Positions 51,714 to 64,000 of a stretch of DNA of 64,000 nt are shown here, in pieces (the stretch's first letter is position 1; each line of letters begins with the position of its first letter). The stretch comes from Lingula anatina (lineage: Eukaryota; Animalia; Brachiopoda), in contig CM120642.1 of the NCBI GenBank assembly GCA_051362555.1, forward strand, positions 32,922,001 through 32,986,000, in the 5' to 3' direction. The notes beneath the pieces are model-generated. The model did not search any database. It saw nothing but the letters and a program-made list of their open reading frames with translations, and had not been told where the DNA came from. The position numbers and the translations under genes were made by a program.

Positions 51714-53000
51714 CCTGCTTTCTGTCTGCTCTGTCTCTGTTAAATTATACGTTTATTAACATAGAGGTGTCTCTTTCAGCTGTAAGACAAAAGAAGACAT
51801 ACAAAACATACAAACATACAAAACAAAACACGTATCAAACTGAAAGCCAAAAAGTACTGGAAAAGGAATTTGACATGGTAACCTCTTACCCCAATTTAGC
51901 GCGCGTTTATCCGATTGTTTTTACACGTTTAAGTGTAGCTATTTTCATCAGCATATACCTTTATCTTTAAAACTTGTATGAAGCTCAGTTAAAATTGGAT
52001 TTATTTGTAAAATAAATAATTGGAAAAATTGTTAAATTTGAATTAAAGAAAGATGAAGATATAAGACAAAGGTGTTAAAATGTCACTCCAAGCGCATTTT
52101 ATTACATACTGGGTATATACAAATATATACACTTTGTCATTTACTTTACCGTTTTTCAGAGCCACTTCTGTGCGTCTCTTCTGTTTGGTGGTGTTGTATA
52201 TTCCCTCTGTCTGAATAATGACGTCCGTAGTTTGACTGTTCCCCTTTATACATTTATGACACATGGTCGTATATTCAAATATTACCTTTTGACATATGTT
52301 GCTCATCCCTCATCACGTACATATGCCGTGGGCAGTATTGTGTATAGAGTACACGGAAATTTTGCCACACTTTACATGTCATCTTTATTGATATTTATTT
52401 TGATTTATTTTTTATTTATTATTTATTTTTTTTTTTTTTGTTATTTATTTTGATTGTGTATTTGTCTAAAGTTTTCAAATATGTGCATGTTTTTTTTTTT
52501 TTTTTTTTTTTTTTTGCATTTGAAGAATGTGTCACAATCCTGGCTTGCCAGTCCCTTTTATTAACCCTGTATCGTGCAAGTGCGATTTTTATATACCTAG
52601 ATGTGCCGTTAAACCCTTCTTAATCGCTGCAATAAAACCAGTGAACAACGGAAACTATTTACAAGTGTGGAATTAGCAAAAAATCCTGCTTAATTACGTT
52701 TTGGTTTGGACCAGTGATAAAGAGAGGTGCAACAAAGTAAGAAAGAAACAAAAAATTAATCCTCCATCATGCATATCGTTTAGTCTCTATTTAGGTGTGA
52801 CGGTGGACCTGGTCCCATCACTTGTAGATCATGGACAACGTATTTGCACTCTAAACCTGAGGACAATGGACTGGTCGTTGGAACTCTATCATGTCTGTCT
52901 ATTAGTCATCTGGTAACAATAAGATTGGCTAATTACATGGACTGTGACCCTGTAACTTTTTGCCAGATGGAAGTAATCATGTTTATTTGCATTGAAAAGC

Positions 53001-53364
53001 GTTTAACATACCAAAAATTAGAACTGAACGTTTTAAAACACTTTTATTCCTTTCTCTTTATTAAACCATTAGTGGCCTAAGTTTTACTTTTGAAACTCAT
53101 TTATTGTATTTAATTTATTGTATTTAATTATCATTACTCCTTCCTCTTTTACACTAACTTTCAGATGCCTGTGCAAAAATTTATTTTATTCATTTATTTT
53201 AATTTATCCTTTTTTTATCTCATTAAGTTCTATTCGCATATCCTATATGATACCTGTATATCATTATTTTAATTTGTAAATTTTATTCTCACTCCATGTT
53301 ATGTATAACTTCAGCCTTTTGGTTGCCATGTTTTAATAAACTTATTTACTATTTATTATTTACT
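53001..53364 (+). mobile_element. Probable LINE 3'-end insertion upstream of collagen-like copy 1
   Basis: Absent at the homologous position of copy 2 (~58890); ends ttcagccttttggttgccatgttttaataaac followed by a short ttatttacta tandem tail. Confidence 0.55.
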
Positions 53365-54809
53365 ATTTGTTTTCGCGCAATTGAAAGTACGAATATGAAG
53401 GATAGAGCACCGCTATGTTTCTCAGTCCGTCTAAACTGTCAGACTGGTGTGACGTGCTCTATAAAACGTGCTCAGACTGTCATTAACATTGTATTTTAGT
53501 TGGGAAGCAACACGTCTGAATGGCAACCATGTGTTCTGCTAGAAATAATGAGATTTTTATACCTCCGATGAAAGCAAAACCGAATTTTGCATGCATAGTA
53601 TCTCTAAACTATGGAGTTCATCATATTGCACTCATATCTGTCGTGTGTGTATATAGACCTCATCTCTTTGCACAAAATCGACAAACACATTTTCAAAGCA
53701 ACCGCGACCGCTATTTCTTTCTCTCTAACTTATTACTGCGCATGCGTCAAGTTGTCAGACTCTCCTTCGAGCGCAGCCGAGAATTAATTACAGCTTTGTA
53801 AGTAACTCGCTCGCTCTGCTAGTTAATTACGCCGAGGAGTATTTAGGGCACAGATCGTGGTCACTAGATACCACCAATGGATTTTTGGATTTTTAGAATT
53901 TAGATTTTTCATGTGAACGGTGCCTAAGTGTTGCTTAAAAAACTTCTAGTTAAATTTGGTATTAGTTATTTCATTCAATATGAAGTGTCCCGTAGTCAAA
54001 AATTAGACTAATTGTTGTTTGTTTGATTAACATGCACGAGCATCAGCACCATGCATTAGCACAATCAACAATTCATCCTGTTTCAAAAATAACATCTCAT
54101 TGCAAATAGTATCTATAAAATATGAATGATAATGAATGAGGAATAAGGAAAGAATAAGCAAATAGCATTTTCAAAAAAGGAACAGTATATGGCAAAAAGA
54201 TAATTATTATTTTTATAAAATATGTACAAAACAAGCCGATGTGTAGCCGCAATTAGTACATTAAGTCACATTTTATATATGATAATAGAGTGAATCCGTA
54301 AAAGAATAAATAATTTAAAGACTTAATAAATAATTTTAATTTTAATTAAAATTAAATAAAAAAAAATGATTGAAAGAATTAAATAAATGAATGATTTTAT
54401 AATTAAACCAATAAATCGCTGTAAATAGATATATAAATTGCTGTAAATTAACAAAGGAATCACTTTTTCAAAAACCAGAGGCTCTTCCCTCTCTTTTTAT
54501 AAACACCGGCATCACTTAAAAGACGGGATAAATGTATTTCACACATTCGTCTCCAGTGATTGCCTGTCAAAAACTCTGAATGCCGGTGTAACGTGACAGA
54601 GAGTCCCCCATAACAGAGAGTCCGCTTCCCATTCATTTGTACAGGAGAGCCTCGCCCTAGATTTTGACCCACTTAGGTCAAACTAACCCTAACCATATAA
54701 CTATATGGAGGGAGGACCTTCTGTTACACGCACACTCAGTTTCGTTACACCTGCCACTAAATCGTCCTTGGCTTCAATTTCCTGAGGTGGTGCGTGAGAG
54801 CAACCCACG

Positions 54810-54995
54810 AATTATCTCGATTGGGTTGAGGTCCGGACTCTCCAGTGGCGTTTTAAACAAGTTAATACCATTGCCCTTAATAAATTGCTGTTCTACTCTG
54901 TTGGTATGCTTTGGGTCATTATCTTGCATAAATCTATGCTTATGAGCCATTTTATCCCTAAAGAATGGGACCGAAAGCAAAATCTCCTCAAACAA
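54810..54995 (-). mobile_element. Tc1/mariner transposase fragment (DD34E)
   Basis: FMQDNDPKHT...ESPDLNPIE with 34 residues between D and E; no full ORF or TIRs seen. Confidence 0.85.
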
Positions 54996-55308
54996 TTCTG
55001 CGTCGAAAATACCACCGAAGATGGTAATGTGAGTGCACCCTCGTTCTTGCCCCGACCTAGTGCAATTTTATTAATATCCTCTATCATTATCACAACTAAC
55101 GCGGTGAGTGTCTACCCTCTATCAGGGCTAAAGATAGGTTTTTCACTAGTTACCAGAATTGACATATGTATCTGGTTATTTTATGGGTATTTTTTGCACA
55201 CCCGTTAGGCACACGTGCACATAAACTAACTACTATTAAGATGATAGTGAGTGTCCTATCATTTGAAAGCCAACAAAATGTTTCATTCCACATTAGAGGA
55301 ATTAACCT

Positions 55309-55698
55309 TTCTCCCCTTTACCAAAAATAAATGAAACTCTACATGCAAGCAAGACCTCTTTCAAAACACAAAAAGAAAAGCTGTCGTTATTTCTCTACGG
55401 TCATAAATCCTTATCACCCACCCAAAATGAAATTATCTTCGAAACTGTTGCAAATTTTCTTCTCGTAAACTTTGTTATCACTTAATAGGTTCTATCTCTT
55501 TTCCTCTTCTTTCTTTCTGTACTTAACTTGTGCTCCTGATATATATGAAGTTTTACATTTACTCTGTTGTATATATGTATATACCTATCCATTTGTTTTA
55601 TTTATTTACTTATTTAATTTAATTTTGTGGAGAGCATATAATGCTTCCAGCGCCTTGCCTCCACTTCATTCTTTTGAATAAACGTTGTTTAAAAAAAA
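55309..55698 (+). mobile_element. 5'-truncated LINE (CR1-like ORF2 C-terminus, 3'UTR, short A tail)
   Basis: 14-bp duplication agaggaattaacct at 55295-55308 and 55699-55712; AATAAA then A9. Translation KLSLFLYGHKSLSPTQNEIIFETVANFL resembles LINE ORF2 ends. Confidence 0.8.
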
Positions 55699-56468
55699 AG
55701 AGGAATTAACCTCGGACCGGAGAGTCCGAACGCTAAATAAGTAAGTAAGTAAGTAATAATTGCATTTGTAATTTTAAAACTGGGTGTATGTAACCTTTCG
55801 CTGTCCAGTAAAATTTATAAAGGAAAATTAAAGTTCGCCGGTTTCAAACACACTTTTTTTTTCAATATAAATCTACTGTGCATGGAACATAATGATATTA
55901 GGCTCTCTCTGATGATTATGCATATTTATTTTCCTCTTCCAAACATTGCTGGGCCCCCAGGCGTCGGTACGAACTATAAAGCTATGCAAGTTTAATCCAG
56001 CAAAATGTTTTGTATATGCTAAGTACTTCTTGCACATGCCACTCTTTTCTGTTCTACAAATGTATACTGGATGTACAACAACAATAAAACAATAATTATA
56101 CAATATAATGTGTGTTTAATAATGTTCTGACACGTTCATGATATGTTTGGCACAAATGATTAATTAATGTCTCAAAAATGGCTCATTTCAAGAACGTTCT
56201 TGTGATCAGAAACCATAAAATAATTCAGCACAACACACGCACTATATTTGTAATTAAAGTATTTATTGTATACCAAACCTCAAAATTGCGTTGACCTCAC
56301 CCTTCAAAACCAACTTTGTTAAAACAGTCCCTATGCTATAATTACCTCGATCTTGTATCTTCTTGGTATGTGGATTTTTAAATCCAGTTACAAGCTAAGC
56401 TTAGATAAGAACATGGTAATTAATTCCCCGCGACTGCAGTAAATGGTTGGAAAGCTTCTCAGGTTTAA

Positions 56469-57665
56469 TTAACATAAAAGTTTTTGTCGCAATCTAGCAA
56501 TGGCGGCTTTCTCTCTGCGTCGCGCCCGGAAGTAAACAATGTATATGGCAATGGTTCCAATGAGCATCGTCCCTATTATGCAGCTTAGGATGATTTGGTG
56601 TTTTATAGCCGCATCCAGCTTTGCCTTAAGGTCTGTGGATGAAACATTACAATCGGTATAGACAGAGATCAAACAGATAGTTAAACAGAACAGATTAGGA
56701 AAAGTTCAAATAATGATTTAAGTTTCTGATTGAAGTGAATCTGAGTAATATTATCAATCATGTTGTGGAGATTTTAAACTTTTCACTTATTTCCTATACA
56801 AACTGAAAGTGGAAAGTGTGCCTGTGAAAGCTTTTGCTTCAACACTAGAGAATTCATCAGCCATACTGAAGTTATGAGACAGTGTATAGTGAACAGTTTA
56901 GTGAGAACTATTACACTGTCCCAGATGTGGTAAACTGATTGAATAATCGGGTTCCTCACTGGAAAAGTTAAAAAAATTTTTCAACACGTCTTAAGTTCGT
57001 TTCATTGTCTTCAAGTGGTTCATTTAATAGACACAGTTACTTATTCGTCACAGACCCCAGGGGGTAACGATCCAAGATCTCCACACTTCCCCCAACTGAT
57101 TGAATGATCGAGTGCATCAGTGGAAGTGAAAAGTTTTAAATTTTCTCAACACGGCTTAAGTTTGTTTCATTGTATTCAAAAGGTTCATTTATTAATAAAT
57201 ACAGGTTACTTTCTCGTCAAAACCTGCAACCCAACACTTATTTAAAACTAATTAGATAGGTTTTGCTTTACTCCCTGTAGAAAGAGACAATTCACGAAAA
57301 TCTGTGTGTAACTACTCCTACAGTATATCCGTTATTTTATATGTTCTATATGCAGAACAGGAGTAGTAACACGTGAATGTTCGTGCCAAAAGAGACCGAG
57401 AATGAGAAAGGTTGACAAAATGTCCCACAGCAAAACAAACCTGGGCTTATATTTCCTGCATCTGTTAGTTTCCCGTGAGAGCAGTCAGATGGTACGTGTT
57501 GCAACCTAGCAGTAAGACGAGCGTTCGTGACCACTGAAGGGGTACCCGGTGGACTCGGCTGTCTTCCAGGACGCATTTGAACCATAATCATAGTATCACC
57601 CTTCTGTCATTTCTGTCCAATATCACTCATCCCCTTCATTCCTTTTGTTCCCTTCATTATCAGCG

Positions 57666-57710
<45 letters not shown>

Positions 57711-57886
57711 GCCAGCAGAGGGATAAAAAATATACGTACGAGATTCCTTAAGTTATCAGATAAGCTGTCATACGTTATCCCATCTGTATAAAAACAGATA
57801 GATTGATGGATACTAGTTTTCTTACATGTGAATATGTCACGTATCAAAGCACATAGGATCACAATTTTAAACCAGTGTAGCTGCTT
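56469..57886 (-). pseudogene. Collagen-like membrane protein copy 2, pseudogene
   Basis: ATG changed to AAG (57884-57886); the (GPP-GTG)n exon and the start of exon 3 are replaced by ~150 bp of unrelated DNA with a long A run; GGA to TGA at 57607-57609. The TM exon 56469-56632 is still open. Confidence 0.85.
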
Positions 57887-58963
57887 CCTGCTTTCTATCT
57901 GCTCCGTCTGTTAAATTATAAGTTTATTAACATAGAGGTGCCTCTTTCAGCAGTAAGACAAAAGAGGACTGCTACATATTTAGCACAAACATGCAAAACA
58001 AAACACATGCCAAGGCCAAGAAGTATTGAAAGGGGAGTTTGAGATGGCAATCTCTTACCCATTTCTAGTTTATCTGTTTCACTTTTATGCATTTATGACA
58101 CATGACCTTATATTTGTAAATTTTAATATAAATTTTCGTCATATGTTGCTCATCCCTCATCACGTACATATGCCGGGGGCAGAATTGTGTATAGAGTACA
58201 CGAAAGTTTTGCTACATTTTGCATTTCATCTGTATTGATACTTTTTTAGATTGATTTTCTATTGTTATTTATTTTGATTGTGTATTTGTCTGATGTTTTC
58301 AAATATGTACATGTTACATCGTTATCTCAGTGATTTCATTTGAAGAATATTTCACAATCCTGGTGTGTCAGTCCTTTCGTCAACCCTGTATCATGCAAAT
58401 GCGTTTTATATGCCTAGGTGTGTCGTAAAACGCTTTGAATAAAATAATAACAGTGAACAACGGGAAACAATGTACACGAAGCACATAATAAAACTGAATG
58501 TGCGGAATGAGTTAGCAATCCTGCTTAATTATGTTGTGGGTTGGACCAGTGACATAAGAGAAGTGCAACAAAGTAAGAAGAAACAAAAAATCAATCCTCC
58601 ATCATGCATGATGTTTTGTCTCAACTGAGCTGTGACGGTAGGCCTGGCCCTGTCTCATGTAATCATGGTCAACGGATTTGCACTCAAAACCTGAGGCCAA
58701 TGGACTGATAATACATATTCCAGGCCAATGTGATCGTTGGACCTCTATCATGTATACATCTATTGGACATCTGGTGACAATAAGATGGCCACAGATATGT
58801 CTTTGTCTAGTTACATGTATGTACACTTTTTTGTACTGTGACCCTGGAACTTTTTGCCAGATGGAAGCAATCATTTTTGCTTGCATTCAAGGCATTTGTC
58901 TTCGCGTAACCGAAACTACAAATAAAATGGAAAGAGATGTTTAGCAGTCCGTTTTAACTAAAG

Positions 58964-59077
58964 CAGTGGCGGATTTAGAGGGGGGTCAGGGGGGTCACAT
59001 CGCCAAGTGGGGGTGGGGGCATCACATCAGCGGACCCCCCCCCCCCCCCCCTTCAAATAATCCTGGATCCGCCCCTG
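58964..59077. mobile_element. MITE with CAGTGGCGGAT / ATCCGCCCCTG ends
   Basis: TIRs read directly; taaag duplicated at 58959-58963 and 59078-59082. Similar left ends occur near 16396 and 19250. Confidence 0.75.
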
Positions 59078-59779
59078 TAAAGTACGTTCAAACCCGTTAT
59101 ATTCGGCGTCAAGTTATTTTAGCGCCGTCCTCAGACTGTTCTTAACATTGTAGTTTAGTTGGGAATCGGGTTTTATTATCAACACGTCTGAATCGTAACC
59201 AAAGGCCCTGCTAAAAATAATGAAATCGTACACATCCGGGGAAATCAAAACCGAATTTTGTATGCACACGTTTCCACGGTTGTGACGTCAATTTACCTCT
59301 CCGGATACGCCAATTATGTTGTCCAACCTACCACAATCATGACGACAGTTTGAGAAGCCTACACTTTTACTTTCACCTTGACTGGTAAATCAGAAACACA
59401 TTTTAGGTATATAGAAAATTGAATTCCAATTATAGATTTTCCTAAGGATTTTGAGTATTTTAATAAAAATTCCTCTGCAAATTTAGTAATGAGCCAACAA
59501 AATTTCAGCAGTATTGGAATGTCATTGTTAGCCGTCCCGTGCGTATAGAAACTTGGAAGTTATTTTTAGAGTCCCTTCTAAAAGAAAATTAAATGATATA
59601 TTCAGTGCATTGCAATATCATCTACATCCAAAACTGAGGCAAATGAATGAGAACGTTTTGGAAACTCAGCTGTGAAACACCTTTTTGGGGGTGAAGTGAT
59701 CGTACAGAAGCTATCTGGACACGCCTCCTGCAGAACATAAAACAAAATCACTATGATAAAACCATTAGTCATTAACAAA

Positions 59780-59937
59780 CTGTCTTTTGTCCACACATTG
59801 CCCGGGACACTCCCCTTGTTTGGCCCTGAACCTGCTTTTCTTGCAATAGGGGTACTTTTAACAGCAGTCGGCCATAGTTCGACAGGGGTCTGAGCGGAGA
59901 CAGGGGATACACATGTTCATGGGACATGTATTTATAC
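59780..59937 (-). pseudogene. Cysteine-rich (knottin-like) exon with an in-frame stop
   Basis: Acceptor ttctttattccaacacag, then (G)INTCPMNMCIPCLRSDPCRTMADCC*KYPYCKKSRFRAKQGECPGQCVDKR: 9 Cys in ~50 codons, TAA at 59858-59860. Confidence 0.45.
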
Positions 59938-60289
59938 CTGTGTTGGAATAAAGAAGGTGGTGGTACAAAACTGATTAATTCAATTTTACTAATGCCGTTT
60001 TATAGCAATACGCCCATAATGTTTCCTAGATTGTATTAGGTGTGATAACCTTTTGTCGAAAAATAGATGGACAATTACAGATTTGGAAATGAATTATTTA
60101 TTAGTTATTTAATGTGTTATTTCCCCGGATACGTAAGAAGGTGAATCAAAGGTTAACCTGGCCTTTTCCGCAAAGGAATCTTACTATGAATATCCATTTT
60201 AAATGATATTTATTATTATCAGTATATTCCACATACCTAAAGATGTATAATTACGTTGAAGAAATTCATAATTCGTTAAAGTGTGCTTG

Positions 60290-60340
<51 letters not shown>

Positions 60341-60345
60341 TTATT
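60290..60345. repeat. (TTTA)n microsatellite
   Basis: Direct read. Confidence 0.9.
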
Positions 60346-61097
60346 TTTGCCAAGTACAGTTGTTAAATTTAAACAGATTCGGTGCGAACTAGGTATGAAA
60401 GCTGAACCAAGAAAAATGTTTTGTATATGCGTAGTCTAGGACTTCTTGCACATGTGACACTTTAAAATATCATAGGGTCATAATATTTTATTTTGTTCTT
60501 GGTTTAAACATAGCTCCACAAAACGGAAGAAAGCGTGACGTTTAAGTGTCCTTTTTTGCCAAGTACAGTAACTACATTTCGACTGAAGTAGGTACAAACT
60601 AAAGTAAAGAAAATTGAATAAAAATGTTTTGTATATGCCAAGGACTTATTGCACATGTGACTCTTTTCTGTTCTACAAATGTATACTGAATGTACAACAA
60701 CAATAAAACAATAATTATACAATATAATGTGTGTTTAATAATGTTCTGACACGTTCATGACATGTTTGGCACATATGATTAATTAATGTCTCAAAAACGG
60801 CTCATTTCATGAACGTTCTTGTGATCAGAAAATATAAAATAATTCCACACAACACACGCACTATATCTGTATTTAAAGTATTTATTGTACACCAAACCTC
60901 AAAATTGCGTTGACCTACCCCTCCAAAACCAACTTTGTTAAAACAGTCCCTATGATATTATTACCTCGATCTTGGATCTCTTTGGCAAATGAATTTTCAA
61001 ATCCAGTTACAAGATAAGAATAGATAAGCTTAGATGAGTACATAGTAATTAATTCCCCGCGATTGCAATAAATAATTGGAAAACTTCTCACTTATAA

Positions 61098-63774
61098 CTA
61101 ATATAAAAGTTTTTGTCGCAATCTAGCAATGGCGGCTTTCTCTCTGCGTCGCGCCCGGAAGTAAACAATGTATATGGCAATGGTTCCAATGAGCACCGTC
61201 CCTATTATGCAGCTTAGGATAATTTGGTGTTTTATAGCCGCATCCAGCTTTGCCTTAAGGTCTGTAAATGAAACATTACAATCGGTATGGACAGAGATCA
61301 AATAGATAGTAAAACAGAACAGATTAGAAAAAGTTCAAATAATGATTTACTTTGTAAGTTTCTGATTAAAGTGAACCTGAGTTATATTATCAATCATGTT
61401 TGGGAAATTTTAAACTTTTTACTTAATCCCAATACAAACTGAAAGTGTGCCTGTGAAATCTTTCACCCCAACACTTGGGAATTCATCAGCCATACTGAAG
61501 TCATGAGACAGTGTATAGTGAACAGTTTAGTGAGAACTGATCACTATTAAACTGTCCCAGACGCGGAAAACTTTGTACCACCCCCACCCCCTCACCCCGA
61601 TTCTTTTTAAGTGATGGTCCCCGGCCCTGGATTTAAATACCCCCCCTTCATCCCTCGATTGAACCTCAGGGGGTAATGATCCAAGATCTCCACACTGCCC
61701 CAACTGATTGAATGATTGGGTGCATCAGTGGAAGTGAGAAGATTAAAATTTTCTCAACACGGTTTAAGTTTGTTTTATTGTCTTCAAGTGGTTCATTTAA
61801 TAGAAACTAGTTACTTACTCGTCACAGACTTTTTTAAAACTAATTTAATATTTTTGCTTTACTCCCTGTAAAGAGAGACAATTTACTACACTTCGACCGT
61901 TGCCACTCCCATATACATTATTTTATATGTTCTATATGCACAACAGGAGTAGTAAAACATGAAAAGAGACAGAGAATGAGAGAGGTTGACAAGATGCCCC
62001 ACAGCAAAACAAACCTGGGCTTATATCTTCTGCATCTGTTAATTTTCCGTGAGGCCAGTCAACTGGTATGTGTTGCATCCCAGCAGTAACAGCACCATTC
62101 GTGACCATTGAAGGGGTACCCGGTGGACTCGGCTGTCTTCCAGGACGCATTTGCACCACTGTCATGGTATCACCCTTCTGTCCTTTCTGTCCAATTGCAC
62201 TCATCCCCTTCATTCCTTTAATCCCCTTCATTCCTTTCATGCCCATTTCTCCTGTCGCACCAAAATTCCCTACATTTCCCATCATTCCCTTCTGACCTTT
62301 TTGGCCCTTTATGTCACCAGGCGGTCCAACCATACCTTTCAAACCTGTAATATTGATATCCTTAATGTGTCAATACATTATTCACAATAAGTGAAATCCA
62401 GCTCATATAATACCAGTTCTCGGCGATTTCATAAAATGTGATTGTTATTAATTGTTCTTTCTAGAAATCCATTTTATGCCAGTTAGACTTAACCAGGTGT
62501 ACTAATGGACATCCTGGGAAATTTTAATTTCATCCCAAGGGTGCGTTCATTAATTACCCACGCCCTCTTCCATACTATAATAACTACAATATCTTCTGTA
62601 TTTCCCTGTCATCAAGTCGGTTAACTAGGCATAAGGGGTGGTAGTTTGAGTGTGTAAACAATATTAATGTTGAATCTGGAGAATTTTTTGCCTGGGAAAA
62701 TATTGACTTCATGCTTCCCTCCCTTAATCAAATTTAGGCAGCTTTAAGGTATGACCGACTCAATAACCATACTCGGGATGAAGTTGAAGAAAAGTTGTGT
62801 ATATGACAAAGGTAATGTTCAGTTTGATTTATTTCCTTTGGTCTTACCTTTGGGCCCTTCTGTTCCTGGGGGTCCACCAGTGCTTATTCCTTGTGGACCT
62901 CCGGTTCCTTGGGGACCGCCTGTTCCTGTTGGTCCTCCTGCACCTGGTGGCCCTCCAGTTCCAGGTGGTCCTCCAGTTGCCTGTGATCCTCCTGTCCCTG
63001 GTGGTCCTCCTGTCCCAGGTGGCCCTCCAGTTGCCGGTGGTCCTCCTGTCCCTGGTGGCCCTCCAGTTCCAGGTGGCCCTCCAGTTGCCGGTGGTCCTCC
63101 TGTCCCAGGTGGCCCTCCTGTTGCCGGTGGGCCACTTGTCCCTGGTGGCCCCCTTGTGCCTGGTGGTCCACTCGTTGCTGGTGGGCCATTTGTACCTGGT
63201 GGTCCTCCTGTTCCTGTTGGCCCTGCTGTTCCAGGTGGACCTCCTGTTCCCGGTGGCCCCTCTGTTCCTGGTGGCCCCTCTGTTCCCGGTGGTCCCTCTG
63301 TTCCTTGAGGGACACCTGTACCTGGTGGTCCTCCTGTTGCTGGTCGTCCTCCTGTTCCGGGGGGTCCTCCTGTGCCTGGTGGACCACTTGTTCCTGGAGG
63401 TCCCCCTGTTCCTGGTGGCCCCTCTGTTCCCGGTGGTCCCTCTGTTCCTTGAGGGACACCTGTACCTGGTGGTCCTCCTGTTGCTGGTGGTCCTCCTGTT
63501 CCGGGGGGTCCTCCTGTGCCTGGTGGACCACTTGTTCCTGGAGGTCCCCCTGTACCTGGTGGTCCACTTGTGCCTAATGCCCCCTTTGTCCCTGGAGGGC
63601 CATCTGCACCTGTTGGGCCTCTTGATGTTCCTGGCGGGCCTCCTGTTCCTGGTGGTCCTCTTGATGTACCTGGTGGGCCTCCTGTTCCTGGTGGCCCAGC
63701 TGTGCTAGGAGGCCCTCCTGTTCCTTTTGGACCACATGTCCCTGGAGGCCCTCCTGTACCCTGTGAACCTATAG
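61098..63774 (-). CDS. Collagen-like membrane protein copy 3 (5'-partial; the signal exon lies beyond the window)
   Basis: Exons 62848-63774 (927 nt, (GPP-GTG)n, no stop found in the spots checked, internal 144-bp duplication), 62015-62344 and 61098-61261. Splice sites and phases match copy 1; exons 3-4 and the introns are nearly identical to copy 1. Confidence 0.82.
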
Positions 63775-64000
63775 CTGAAAATCATCGTAAAAAGACAGTA
63801 GAGTTGGGCGTTAAATTGATCTACGACTGATAAATTTAATTAACTTATAAAATTAAATATATAAATGGTATAATAACTGCTTTTTTATCTTTTACAAATT
63901 TAATTTTATTTCAATTTAATTACTAAATAGTAAAATTGCTTACATCTGGCCTCTCGTAGCGGTTGGAATAAGACCCGGTCGCAAAGGGAAAAGCCTGTAG

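Overview
AT-rich, intron-rich eukaryotic (animal) genomic DNA, most likely an invertebrate such as a mollusc or other lophotrochozoan (inference from gene content, GT-AG introns, microsatellites and MITEs). It is not prokaryotic, and I found no CRISPR, rRNA or tRNA. Gene models were rebuilt by hand from splice sites, and all complete models close in frame. Left to right: the 3' end of a proteinase K-like S8 protease (+); a 9-exon PhyH-family Fe/2OG dioxygenase (-); a head-to-head pair of ~1500-aa paralogues (MGCGGSK lipidation motif, inactive hillarin/KY-type transglutaminase-like domain, Ig-like repeats, vWA, C-terminal dynein-MTBD-like domain); a 14-exon SLC5 sodium/sugar cotransporter (-); a small ankyrin protein with a Lys/Gly tail (-), divergent from a nucleoside hydrolase (+); and three tandem copies of a gene for a predicted type I membrane collagen-like protein (one intact, one pseudogene, one cut by the window end). 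MITEs, truncated LINEs, a Tc1 fragment and a probable Crypton remnant are interspersed. Most notable: (1) two unrelated genes carry minisatellites whose unit is a copy of the splice acceptor plus exon start, and only the last acceptor gives an open frame; (2) the lipid-anchored pseudo-transglutaminase/vWA/dynein-MTBD-like architecture; (3) the type I membrane (GPP-GTG)n collagen-like family; (4) a hidden Cys-rich knottin-like pseudo-exon.
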